Both the position numbers and the translations under genes were made by a program. Shown here piece by piece: positions 42,479-56,594 of a stretch of DNA of 64,000 bases. The number at the start of each line of letters is the position of its first letter. Positions within the stretch are counted from its first letter, which is position 1. Origin of the DNA: the human T2T-CHM13v2.0 reference genome, Homo sapiens; contig CP086569.2 of assembly GCA_009914755.4 (NCBI GenBank), positions 28,352,001 through 28,416,000 on the forward strand, read 5' to 3'. The notes under the pieces are model-generated. The model did no database searches and was not told the DNA's origin. It saw nothing but the letters and a program-made list of their open reading frames with translations.

Positions 42479-45400
42479 AATCGAATGGAAAGTAATCCAA
42501 TGGAATAGAATCTAATGCAAGAAAATCGACTCAGATAGAGTAGAATGTAATGGAATGGAGTGCAGTGCAATGGAATGGAATGGAATGCAATGGAATGGAA
42601 TGGAATGGAATGGAATGGAATGGAATGGAATGGGATGGAATGGTATGGAATGGATAGTAATGGACTGGAGTGAAATGGACTGGAAAGGAATGGACTCAAA
42701 TTGAAAGGGCTCGAAAGGAATGGAGTCAAATGGAATGGTCTGGAATGGAATGAACACGAATGTAATGCAATCCAATAGAATGGAATCGAATGGCATGGAA
42801 TATAAAGAAATGGAATCGAAGAGAATGGAAACAAATGGAATGGAATTGAATGGAATGGAATTGAATGGAATGGGAACGAATGGAGTGAAATTGTATGCAG
42901 TAGAAGAGAATAGAATGGAATGCAAGCGAAAGGAAAGGAATGGATTGGAATGGAATGGAATTCATTGGAATGGAAGGGAATGTAGTGTAATGGACAGGCC
43001 TGGAATAAAGTGGAATGCTACGGTCTCGAATGGAATAAAAATGTATGGAATGGAATGCAATGAAACGGAATCGAATGTCATAGAATGTAATGGAATGCAA
43101 AAAAATGGACTCCAAAATCATTGACTGGAAAGGCTGGGTGTCGAAAGGAATTGACTCCAATGGAATGGAATCGAATGGAATGGAAGTGAATAGAATCGAA
43201 CTAAATCGAATGGAATGGAATTGATAGGAACGGAATGGAAAGGAATGCAATGATTTGGCATGGAATGGAATCGAATGGCATCTAATGGAATGGTATGGAA
43301 TGCAATGGAATGGAATGTATTAGAATGTAATGAACTTTAATGGAATGTACTCGAATGGATTCGACTGGAATGGAATGTTCTGGAAGTGAATGGACTCCAA
43401 TGGAATGCATTCAAAAGGAATGGAATCGTACGGAATGGAATCTAATGGAATGGAATTAAATGGAAATGAATCAAATTGAATAGCACGGAATTGAATTGAA
43501 TGGAATCGAATGCAATGGAATCTAATGAAACGGAAAGGAAAGGAATGGAATGGAATGGAATGGGCTGGAATGGAAAGGAATCGAAACGAATGGAATGGAA
43601 TCGAACTGAAGAGACTGGAATGGAATGCACTGGAATGGAAGGGAGTGTAATGGAGGGTTCTCGAAAAAAATGGAATCGAATGGAATGGAATTGAATGGAA
43701 CGGAATAGAGTCGAATGGAATTGAATGGAATGGAATGGACTAGAGTGAAATGGAATCGAACCACAAGGAATGGACAGGAATAGAATGGTCTCGAATTGAA
43801 TGGAATCGTATGGAATGGCATCAAACGGAATGGAATGCACTCGAATGCAATGGAGTCGAAACTAATGGACTGGAATAGAATGGACTCGACTGGTACGGAC
43901 TCCAATGGAATGGATTCGAATGGAAGGGAATCGAACGGAATGGACTCGAAGGGAAAAGACTGCAATGGAAAGGTCTCGAATGGAATGGAAATTAGTGGAA
44001 TGGAATGGAATCGAATGAAATGGAGTCAAAAGGAATGGAATCGAATGGCAAGAAATCGAATGTAATGGAATCGCAAGGAATTGATGTGAACGGAACGGAA
44101 TGGAATGGAATCCAAAGGAATGGAATAGAATGGAATGGAATCGAATGGAAAGGACTCGAATGGAAATCACTCGAATAGAATGCAATTTAATAAAATAGGA
44201 TGAAATGTAATGGAATGGAATGGAAAGGAATCGAAACGAAAGGAATGGAGACAGATGGAATGGAATGGAACAGAGAGCAATGGTATAGAATGGAATGCAA
44301 TCATCTGGAATGGAATGGAATGGAATGGAATGGAATGGAATGCCCTTGAATTAAATGGACTGGAATGGAATGGACTCGAACAGAGTGGAATGGAAAGTGT
44401 TGAGATAGAATGGAATGGACTCCTTTGGAATGGTCTAGTATGCAATGCAATGGACTGGCAGGGAATCAAAAGGAATGTAATCGAATGGATTGGACTGGAA
44501 TGCAATGGACTCGAATAGATTGGAAACGGAATGCAAAGGAATGGAATGGAATAGTATGGAATGGAATGGAAAGGAATGGAGTGGAATAGACTAGAGTGGA
44601 ATGGAATGGACTCGAAAGCAATGGACTGGAATGGAACTTTCTTGAATGGACTGGAATCAAACGGAATGGAATGCAATGCAATCAAATGGCATGGAATAAA
44701 ATAGAATGAAAGAGAATCAAATGGAATTGAATCGAATGGAATCGAATGGATTGGAAAGGAATAGAGTGGAATGGAATGGAATTGACTCAAATGGAATGGA
44801 CTAGAATGGAATGGATTCGAATGGAAGGCAAAGGAATGGAATCTATTGGAATGGACAGCAATGGAATGGAAAGGAAGGGATTGGAATGGACTCGAATGGA
44901 ATGGACTGCAATAGAAAGGATTCGAATGGAATGAAAAAGAATTGAATGGAATAGAACAGAATGGAATCAAATCGAATGAAATGGAATGGAATAGAAAGGA
45001 ATGGAATGAAATGGAATGGAAAGGATTCGAATGGAATGCAATCGAATGGAATGGAATCGAACGGAATGGAATAAAATGGAAGCAAACTGGCAAGAAATGG
45101 AATCGAAATGAATGGAGTGTTATGGAACGGACTCAAAAGGAATTGAATGTAATAGAATGGAGTGGAGTGGACTCGAATATAATGGACTGGAATGGAATGA
45201 AATCACATGGAATGGGAACGAATGGAATGGAATGGAAAGGAATGGAATCGAATGGAAAGGAATCGAATGGAAGGGAATGAAATTGAATCAACAGGAATGG
45301 AAGGGAATAGAATAGACGGTAATGGAATGGACTCGAATAGAATGGACACGAATGCTCAAATTGAATGGACTCGAATGGAATGGAAACGAAAGGAATGTCA

Positions 45401-45992
45401 TCGAATGGAATTGAATCGATTGGAATGAAATCGCATAGAATGGAGTGGAATCAAATGGAATTGAATCGAAAGGAAAGGAAGCGAATGGACTGAAATGAAA
45501 TGGAATGGAATTGAATGGAAAGTAAAGCAATGGAATAGAATGGAACGAAATTTCACGGAATGGAATCAAACTGAATGGAATCAAATCAATGGAATATAAT
45601 CAAATGGAATGGAAAGGAATTGAATGGAGTAGATGGGATTGGATGGGATTGGAATGAAATGTACTGGAAAGGACTCGAATTTCATGAAACGGCATGGAAT
45701 GAATTGGAACGGAATGGAATCGAATGGAATGGAATGTCATGGAATGGCATCAAATGGAATGGCATCAAATGGAATGGAATCGAATGCAATGGAATGCAAT
45801 GGAATGGAATGGAATGCATTGGAATAGAATGTCCTCTAATGGAATGGATTCGAGGGGAATGGAATCGAATATAATGGAGTCGAATGAAATGGAATTGAAA
45901 GGAATGGGATCGAATACAATGGAATATACTGGAATGTAATGTAATGAACTCGAATGTAATTGACTGGAATGGAATGTACATGAATGGAATGT
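42479..45992 (+). repeat. HOR copy 13 (3514 bp; 20-bp deletion allele)
   Basis: Anchor motif at 42479 (variant aatgcaagaaaatcg, shared with copy 14). Confidence 0.85.
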
Positions 45993-48900
45993 AATCGAAT
46001 GGAAAGTAATCCAATGGAATAGAATCTAATGCAAGAAAATCGACTCAGATAGAGTAGAATGTAATGGAATGGAGTGCAGTGCAATGGAATGGAATGGAAT
46101 GCAATGGAATGGAATGGAATGGAATGGAATGGAATGGAATGGAATGGGATGGAATGGTATGGAATGGATAGTAATGGACTGGAGTGAAATGGACTGGAAA
46201 GGAATGGACTCAAATTGAAAGGGCTCGAAAGGAATGGAGTCAAATGGAATGGTCTGGAATGGAATGAACACGAATGTAATGCAATCCAATAGAATGGAAT
46301 CGAATGGCATGGAATATAAAGAAATGGAATCGAAGAGAATGGAAACAAACGGAATGGAATTGAATGGAATGGAATTGAATGGAATGGGAACGAATGGAGT
46401 GAAATTGTATGCAGTAGAAGAGAATAGAATGGAATGCAAGCGAAAGGAAAGGAATGGATTGGAATGGAATGGAATTCATTGGAATGGAAGGGAATGTAGT
46501 GTAATGGACAGGCCTGGAATAAAGTGGAATGCTACGGTCTCGAATGGAATAAAAATGTATGGAATGGAATGCAATGAAACGGAATCGAATGTCATAGAAT
46601 GTAATGGAATGCAAAAAAATGGACTCCAAAATCATTGACTGGAAAGGCTGGGTGTCGAAAGGAATTGACTCCAATGGAATGGAATCGAATGGAATGGAAG
46701 TGAATAGAATCGAACTAAATCGAATGGAATGGAATTGATAGGAACGGAATGGAAAGGAATGCAATGATTTGGCATGGAATGGAATCGAATGGCATCGAAT
46801 GGAATGGAATGGAATGCAATGGAATGGAATGTATTAGAATGTAATGAACTTTAATGGAATGTACTCGAATGGATTCGACTGGAATGGAATGTTCTGGAAG
46901 TGAATGGACTCCAATGGAATGGATTCAAAAGGAATGGAATCGTACGGAATGGAATCTAATGGAATGGAATTAAATGGAAATGAATGAAATTGAATAGCAC
47001 GGAATTGAATTGAATGGAATCGAATGCAATGGAATCTAATGAAACGGAAAGGAAAGGAATGGAATGGAATGGAATGGGCTGGAATGGAAAGGAATCGAAA
47101 CGAATGGAATGGAATCGAACTGAAGAGACTGGAATGGAATGCACTGGAATGGAAGGGAGTGTAATGGAGGGTTCTCGAAAAAAATGGAATCGAATGGAAT
47201 GGAATTGAATGGAACGGAATAGAGTCGAATGGAATTGAATGGAATGGAATGGACTAGAGTGAAATGGAATCGAACCACAAGGAATGGACAGGAATAGAAT
47301 GGTCTCGAATTGAATGGAATCGTATGGAATGGCATCAAACGGAATGGAATGCACTCGAATGCAATGGAGTCGAAACTAATGGACTGGAATAGAATGGACT
47401 CGACTGGTACGGACTCCAATGGAATGGATTCGAATGGAAGGGAATCGAACGGAATGGACTCGAAGGGAAAAGACTGCAATGGAAAGGTCTCGAATGGAAT
47501 GGAAATTAATGGAATGGAATGGAATCGAATGAAATGGAGTCAAAAGGAATGGAATCGAATGGCAAGAAATCGAATGTAATGGAATCGCAAGGAATTGATG
47601 TGAACGGAACGGAATGGAATGGAATCCAAAGGAATGGAATAGAATGGAATGGAATCGAATGGAAAGGACTCGAATGGAAATCACTCGAATAGAATGCAAT
47701 TTAATAAAATAAGATCAAATGTAATGTAATGGAATGGAAAGGAATCGAAACGAAAGGAATGGAGACAGATGGAATGGAATGGAACAGAGAGCAATGGTAT
47801 AGAATGGAATGGAATCATCTGGAATGGAATTGAATGGAATGGAATAATATGAAATGGAATGGAATGGAATGGAATGCCCTTGAATTAAATGGACTGGAAT
47901 GGAATGGACTCGAACAGAGTGGAATGGAAAGTGTTGAGATAGAATGGAATGGACTCCTTTGGAATGGTCTAGTATGCAATGCAATGGACTGGCAGGGAAT
48001 CAAAAGGAATGTAATCGAATGGATTGGACTGGAATGCAATGGACTCGAATAGATTGGAAACGGAATGCAAAGGAATGGAATGGAATAGTATGGAATGGAA
48101 TGGAAAGGAATGGAGTGGAATAGACTAGAGTGGAATGGAATGGACTCGAAAGCAATGGACTGGAATGGAACTTTCTTGAATGGACTGGAATCAAACGGAA
48201 TGGAATGCAATGCAATCAAATGGCATGGAATAAAACAGAATGAAAGAGAATCAAATGGAATTGAATCGAATGGAATCGAATGGATTGGAAAGGAATAGAG
48301 TGGAATGGAATGGAATTGACTCAAATGGAATGGACTAGAATGGAATGGATTCGAATGGAAGGCAAAGGAATGGAATCTATTGGAATGGACAGCAATGGAA
48401 TGGAAAGGAAGGGATTGGAATGGACTCGAATGGAATGGACTGCAATAGAAAGGATTCGAATGGAATGAAAAAGAATTGAATGGAATAGAACAGAATGGAA
48501 TCAAATCGAATGAAATGGAATGGAATAGAAAGGAATGGAATGAAATGGAATGGAAAGGATTCGAATGGAATGCAATCGAATGGAATGGAATCGAACGGAA
48601 TGGAATAAAATGGAAGCAAACTGGCAAGAAATGGAATCGAAATGAATGGAGTGTTATGGAACGGACTCAAAAGGAATTGAATGTAATAGAATGGAGTGGA
48701 GTGGACTCGAATATAATGGACTGGAATGGAATGAAATCACATGGAATGGGAACGAATGGAATGGAATGGAAAGGAATGGAATCGAATGGAAAGGAATCGA
48801 ATGGAAGGGAATGAAATTGAATCAACAGGAATGGAAGGGAATAGAATAGACGGTAATGGAATGGACTCGAATAGAATGGACACGAATGCTCAAATTGAAT

Positions 48901-49526
48901 GGACTCGAATGGAATGGAAACGAAAGGAATGTCATCGAATGGAATTGAATCGATTGGAATGAAATCGCATAGAATGGAGTGGAATCAAATGGAATTGAAT
49001 CGAAAGGAAAAGAAGCGAATGGACTGAAATGAAATGGAATGGAATTGAATGGAAAGTAAAGCAATGGAATAGAATGGAACGAAATTTCACGGAATGGAAT
49101 CAAACTGAATGGAATCAAATCAATGGAATATAATCAAATGGAATGGAAAGGAATTGAATGGAGTAGATGGGATTGGATGGGATTGGAATGAAATGTACTG
49201 GAAAGGACTCGAATTTCATGAAACGGAATGGAATGAATTGGAACGGAATGGACTCGAATGGAATGGAATGTCATGGAATGGCATCAAATGGAATGGCATC
49301 AAATGGAATGGAATCGAATGCAATGGAATGCTATGGAATGGAATGGAATGCATTGGAATGGAATGTCCTCTAATGGAATGGATTCGAGTGGAATGGAATC
49401 GAATATAATGGAGTCGAATGAAATGGAATTGAAAGGAATGGGATGGAATACAATGGAATATAGTGGAATGTAATGTAATGAACTCGAATGTAATTGACTG
49501 GAATGGAATGTACATGAATGGAATGT
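45993..49526 (+). repeat. HOR copy 14 (3534 bp; 20-bp deletion allele)
   Basis: Anchor motif at 45993. Confidence 0.85.
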
Positions 49527-52500
49527 AATCGAATGGAAAGTAATCCAATGGAATAGAATCTAATGCAATAAAATCGACTCAGATAGAGTAGAATGTAATG
49601 GAATGGAGTGCAGTGCAATGGAATGGAATGGAATGGAATGCAATGGAATGGAATGGAATGGAATGGAATGGAATGGAATGGGATGGAATGGTATGGAATG
49701 GATAGTAATGGACTAGAGTGAAATGGACTGGAAAGGAATGGACTCAAATTGAAAGGGCTCGAAAGGAATGGAGTCAAATGGAATGGTCTGGAATGGAATG
49801 AACACGAATGTAATGCAATCCAATAGAATGGAATCGAATGGCATGGAATATAAAGAAATGGAATCGAAGAGAATGGAAACAAACGGAATGGAATTGAATG
49901 GAATGGAATTGAATGGAATGGGAACGAATGGAGTGAAATTGTATGCAGTAGAAGAGAATAGAGTGGAATGCAAGCGAAAGGAAAGGAATGGATTGGAATG
50001 GAATGGAATTCATTGGAATGGAAGGGAATGTAGTGTAATGGACAGGCCTGCAATAAAGTGGAATGCTACGGTCTCGAATGGAATAAAAATGTATGGAATG
50101 GAATGCAATGAAACGGAATCGAATGTCATAGAATGTAATGGAATGCAAAAAAATGGACTCCAAAATCATTGACTGGAAAGGCTGGGTGTCGAAAGGAATT
50201 GACTCCAATGGAATGGAATCGAATGGAATGGAAGTGAATAGAATCGAACTAAATCGAATGGAATGGAATTGATAGGAACGGAATGGAAAGGAATGAAATG
50301 ATTTGGTATGGAATGGAATCGAATGGCATCGAATGGAATGGAATGGAATGCAAGGCAATGTAATGTATTAGAATGTAATGAACTTTAATGGAATGTACTC
50401 GAATGGATTCGACTGGAATGGAATGTTCTGGAAGTGAATGGACTCCAATGGAATGGATTGAAAAGGAATGGAATCGTACGGAATGGAATCTAATGGAATG
50501 GAATTAAATGGAAATGAATCAAATTGAATAGCACGGAATTGAATTGAATGGAATCGAATGCAATGGAATCTAATGAAACGGAAAGGAAAGGAATGGAATG
50601 GAATGGAATGGGCTGGAATGGAAAGGAATCGAAACGAATGGAATGGAATCGAACTGAAGAGACTGGAATGGAATGCACTGGAATGGAAGGGAGTGTAATG
50701 GAAGGTTCTCGAAAAAAATGGAATCGAATGGAATGGAATTGAATGGAACGGAATAGAGTCGAATGGAATTGAATGGAATGGAATGGACTAGAGTGAAATG
50801 GAATCGAACCACAAGGAATGGACAGGAATAGAATGGTTTCGAATTGAACGGAATCGTATGGAATGGCATCAAACGGAATGGAATGGACAGCCACGGAATG
50901 GAATGCACTCGAATGCAATGGAGTCGAAACTAATGGACTGGAATAGAATGGACTCGACTGGTACGGACTCCAATGGAATGGAATCGAATGGAAGGGAATC
51001 GAACGGAATGGACTCGAAGGGAAAAGACTGCAATGGAAAGGTCTCGAATGGAATGGAAATTAATGGAATGGAATGGAATCGAATGAAATGGAGTCAAAAG
51101 GAATGGAATCGAATGGCAAGAAATCGAATGTAATGGAATCGCAAGGAATTGATGTGAACGGAACGGAATGGAATGGAATCCAAAGGAATGGAATAGAATG
51201 GAATGGAATCGAATGGAAAGGACTCGAATGGAAATCACTCGAATAGAATGCAATTTAATAAAATAGGATGAAATGTAATGGAATGGAATGGAAAGGAATC
51301 GAAACGAAAGGAATGGAGACAGATGGAATGGAATGGAACAGAGAGCAATGGTATAGAATGGAATGGAATCATCTGCAATGGAATTGAATGGAATGGAATA
51401 ACATGAAATGGAATGGAATGGAAAGAAATGCCCTTGAATTAAATGGACTGGAATGGAATGGACTCGAACAGAGTGGAATGGAAAGTGTTGAGATAGAATG
51501 GAATGGACTCCTTTGGAATGGTCTAGTATGCAATGCAATCGACTGGCAGGGAATCAAAAGGAATGTAATCGAATGGATTGGACTGCAATGCAATGGACTC
51601 GAATAGATTGGAAACGGAATGCAAAGGAATGGAATGGAATAGTATGGAATGGAATGGAAAGGAATGGAGTGGAATAGACTAGAGTGGAATGGAATGGACT
51701 CGAAAGCAATGGACTGGAATGGAACTTTCTTGAATGGACTGGAATCAAACGGAATGGAATGCAATGCAATCAAATGGCATGGAATAAAATAGAATTAAAG
51801 AGAATCAAATGGAATTGAATCGAATGGAATCGAATGGATTGGAAAGGAATAGAATGGAATGGAATGGAATTGACTCAAATGGAATGGATTCGAATGGAAG
51901 GCAAAGGAATGGAATCTATTGGAATGGACTGCAATGGAATGGAAAGGAAGGGATTGGAATGGACTCGAATGGAATGGACTGCAATAGAAAGGATTCGAAT
52001 GGAATGAAAAAGAATTGAATGGAATAGAACAGAATGGAATCAAATCGAATGAAATGGAATGGAATAGAAAGGAATGGAATGAAATGGAATGGAAAGGATT
52101 CGAATGGAATGCAATCGAATGGAATGGAATCGAACGGAATGGAATAAAATGGAAGCAAACTGGCAAGAAATGGAATCGAAATGAATGGAGTGTTATGGAA
52201 CGGACTCAAAAGGAATTGAATGTAATAGAATGGAGTGGAGTGGACTCGAATATAATGGACTGGAATGGAATGAAATCACATGGAATGGGAACGAATGGAA
52301 TGGAATGGAAAGGAATGGAATCGAATGGAAAGGAATCGAATGGAAGGGAATGAAATTGAATCAACAGGAATGGAAGGGAATAGAATAGACGGTAATGGAA
52401 TGGACTCGAATGGACACGAATGCTCAAATTGAATGGACTCGAATGGAATGGAAACGAAAGGAATGTCATCGAATGGAATTGAATCGATTGGAATGAAATC

Positions 52501-53060
52501 GCATAGAATGGAGTGGAATCAAATGGAATTGAATCGAAAGGAAAGGAAGCGAATGGACTGAAATGAAATGGAATGGAATTGAATGGAAAGTAAAGCAATG
52601 GAATAGAATGGAACGAAATTTCACGGAATGGAATCAAACTGAATGGAATCAAATCAATGGAATATAATCAAATGGAATGGAAAGGAATTGAATGGAGTAG
52701 ATGGGATTGGATGGGATTGGAATGAAATGTACTGGAAAGGACTCGAATTTCATGAAACGGAATGGAATGAATTGGAACGGAATGGACTCGAATGGAATGG
52801 AATGTCATGGAATGGCATCAAATGGAATGGCATCAAATGGCATGGAATCGAATGCAATGGAATGCTATGGAATGGAATGGAATGCATTGGAATGGAATGT
52901 TCTCTAATGGAATGGATTCGAGTGGAATGGAATCGAATATAATGGAGTCGAATGAAATGGAATTGAAAGGAATGGGATCGAATACAATGGAATATAGTGG
53001 AATGTAATGTAATGAACTCGAATGTAATTGACTGGAATGGAATGTACATGAATGGAATGT
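49527..53060 (+). repeat. HOR copy 15 (3534 bp)
   Basis: Anchor motif at 49527. Part of the 7068-bp two-unit duplication; 5-bp deletion at ~52411. Confidence 0.85.
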
Positions 53061-56000
53061 AATTGAATGGAAAGTAATCCAATGGAATAGAATCTAATGC
53101 AATAAAATCGACTCAGATAGAGTAGAATGTAATGGAATGGAGTGCAGTGCAATGGAATGGAATGGAATGGAATGCAATGGAATGGAATGGAATGGAATGG
53201 AATGGAATGGGATGGAATGGTATGGAATGGATAGTAATGGACTGGAGTGAAATGGACTGGAAAGGAATGGACTCAAATTGAAAGGGCTCGAAAGGAATGG
53301 AGTCAAATGGAATGGTCTGGAATGGAATGAACACGAATGTAATGCAATCCAATAGAATGGAATCGAATGGCATGGAATATAAAGAAATGGAATCGAAGAG
53401 AATGGAAACAAACGGAATGGAATTGAATGGAATGGAATTGAATGGAATGGGAACGAATGGAGTGAAATTGTATGCAGTAGAAGAAAATAGAATGGAATGC
53501 AAGCGAAAGGAAAAGAATGTATTGGAATGGAATGGAATTCATTGGAATGGAAGGGAATGTAGTGTAATGGACAGGCCTGGAATAAAGTGGAATGCTACGG
53601 TCTCGAATGGAATAAAAATGTATGGAATGGAATGCAATGAAACGGAATCGAATGTCATAGAATGTAATGGAATGCAAAAAAATGGAATCCAAAATCATTG
53701 ACTGGAAAGTCTGGATGTCGAAAGGAATTGACTCCAATGGAATGGAATCGAATGGAATGGAAGTGAATAGAATCGAACTAAATCGAATGGAATGGAATTG
53801 ATAGGAACGGAATGGAAAGGAATGAAATGATTTGGCATGGAATGGAATCGAATGGCATCGAATGGAATGGAATGGAATGCAATACAATGGAATGTATTAG
53901 AATGTAATGAACTTTAATGGAATGTACTCGAATGGATTCGACTGGAATGGAATGTTCTGGAAGTGAATGGACTCCAATGGAATGGATTGAAAAGGAATGG
54001 AATCGTACGGAATGGAATCTAATGGAATGGAATTAAATGGAAATGAATCAAATTGAATAGCACGGAATTGAATTGAATGGAATCGAATGCAATGGAATCT
54101 AATGAAACGGAAAGGAAAGGAATGGAATGGAATGGAATGGGCTGGAATGGAAAGGAATCGAAACGAATGGAATGGAAACGAACTGAAGAGACTGGAATGG
54201 AATGCACTGGAATGGAAGGGAGTGTAATGGAAGGTTCTCGAAAAAAGTGGAATCGAATGGAATGGAATTGAATGGAAGGGAATAGGGTCGAATGGAATTG
54301 AATGGAATGGAATGGACTAGAGTGAAATGGAATCGAACCACAAGGAATGGACAGGAATAGAATGGTCTCGAATTGAATGGAATCGTATGGAATGGCATCA
54401 AACGGAATGGAATGGAATGCACTCGAATGCAATGGAGTCGAAACTAATGGACTGGAATAGAATGGACTCGACTGGTACGGACTCCAATGGAATGGAATCG
54501 AATGGAAGGGAATCGAACGGAATGGACTCGAAGGGAAAAGACTGCAATGGAAAGGTCTCGAATGGAATGGAAATTAATGGAATGGAATGGAATCGAATGA
54601 AATGGAGTCAAAAGGAATGGAATCGAATGGCAAGAAATCGAATGTAATGGAATCGCAAGGAATTGATGTGAACGGAACTGAATGGAATGGAATCCAAAGG
54701 AATGGAATAGAATGGAATGGAATCGAATGGAAAGGACTCGAATGGAAATCACTCGAATAGAATGCAATTTAATAAAATAGGATGAAATGTAATGGAATGG
54801 AATGGAAAGGAATCGAAATGAAAGGAATGGAGACAGATGGAATGGAATGGAACAGAGAGCAATGGTATAGAATGGAATGGAATCATCTGGAATGGTATTG
54901 AATGGAATGGAATAACATGAAATGGAATGGAATGGAATGGAATGCCCTTTAATTAAATGGACTGGAATGGAATGGACTCGAACAGAGTGGAATGGAAAGT
55001 GTTGAGATAGAATGGAATGGACTCCTTTGGAATGGTCTAGTATGCAATGCAATCGACTGGCAGGGAATCAAAAGGAATGTAATGGAATGGATTGGACTGG
55101 AATGCAATGGACTCGAATAGATTGGAAACGGAATGCAAAGGAATGGAATGGAATAGTATGGAATGGAATGGAAAGGAATGGAGTGGAATAGACTAGAGTG
55201 GAATGGAATGGACTCGAAAGCAATGGACTGGAATGGAACTTTCTTGAATGGACTGGAATCAAACGGAATGGAATGCAATGCAATCAAATGGCATGGAATA
55301 AAACAGAATGAAAGAGAATCAAATGGAATTGAATCGAATGGAATCGAATGGATTGGAAAGGAATAGAGTGGAATGGAATGGAATTGACTCAAATGGAATG
55401 GACTAGAATGGAATGGATTCGAATGGAAGGCAAAGGAATGGAATCTATTGGAATGGACAGCAATGGAATGGAAAGGAAGGGATTGGAATGGACTCGAATG
55501 GAATGGACTGCAATAGAAAGGATTCGAATGGAATGAAAAAGAATTGAATGGAATAGAACAGAATGGAATCAAATCGAATGAAATGGAATGGAATAGAAAG
55601 GAATGGAATGAAATGGAATGGAAAGGATTCGAATGGAATGCAATCGAATGGAATGGAATCGAACGGAATGGAATAAAATGGAAGCAAACTGGCAAGAAAT
55701 GGAATCGAAATGAATGGAGTGTTATGGAACGGACTCAAAAGGAATTGAATGTAATAGAATGGAGTGGAGTGGACTCGAATATAATGGACTGGAATGGAAT
55801 GAAATCACATGGAATGGGAACGAATGGAATGGAATGGAAAGGAATGGAATCGAATGGAAAGGAATCGAATGGAAGGGAATGAAATTGAATCAACAGGAAT
55901 GGAAGGGAATAGAATAGACGGTAATGGAATGGACTCGAATAGAATGGACACGAATGCTCAAATTGAATGGACTCGAATGGAATGGAAACGAAAGGAATGT

Positions 56001-56594
56001 CATCGAATGGAATTGAATCGATTGGAATGAAATCGCATAGAATGGAGTGGAATCAAATGGAATTGAATCGAAAGGAAAAGAAGCGAATGGACTGAAATGA
56101 AATGGAATGGAATTGAATGGAAAGTAAAGCAATGGAATAGAATGGAACGAAATTTCACGGAATGGAATCAAACTGAATGGAATCAAATCAATGGAATATA
56201 ATCAAATGGAATGGAAAGGAATTGAATGGAGTAGATGGGATTGGATGGGATTGGAATGAAATGTACTGGAAAGGACTCGAATTTCATGAAACGGAATGGA
56301 ATGAATTGGAACGGAATGGACTCGAATGGAATGGAATGTCATGGAATGGCATCAAATGGAATGGCATCAAATGGAATGGAATCGAATGCAATGGAATGCT
56401 ATGGAATGGAATGGAATGCATTGGAATGGAATGTCCTCTAATGGAATGGATTCGAGTGGAATGGAATCGAATATAATGGAGTCGAATGAAATGGAATTGA
56501 AAGGAATGGGATGGAATACAATGGAATATAGTGGAATGTAATGTAATGAACTCGAATGTAATTGACTGGAATGGAATGTACATGAATGGAATGT
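53061..56594 (+). repeat. HOR copy 16 (3534 bp; 15-bp deletion allele)
   Basis: Anchor motif at 53061 (variant aattgaatgg). Variant gtctggatgtcg at ~53710. Confidence 0.85.
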
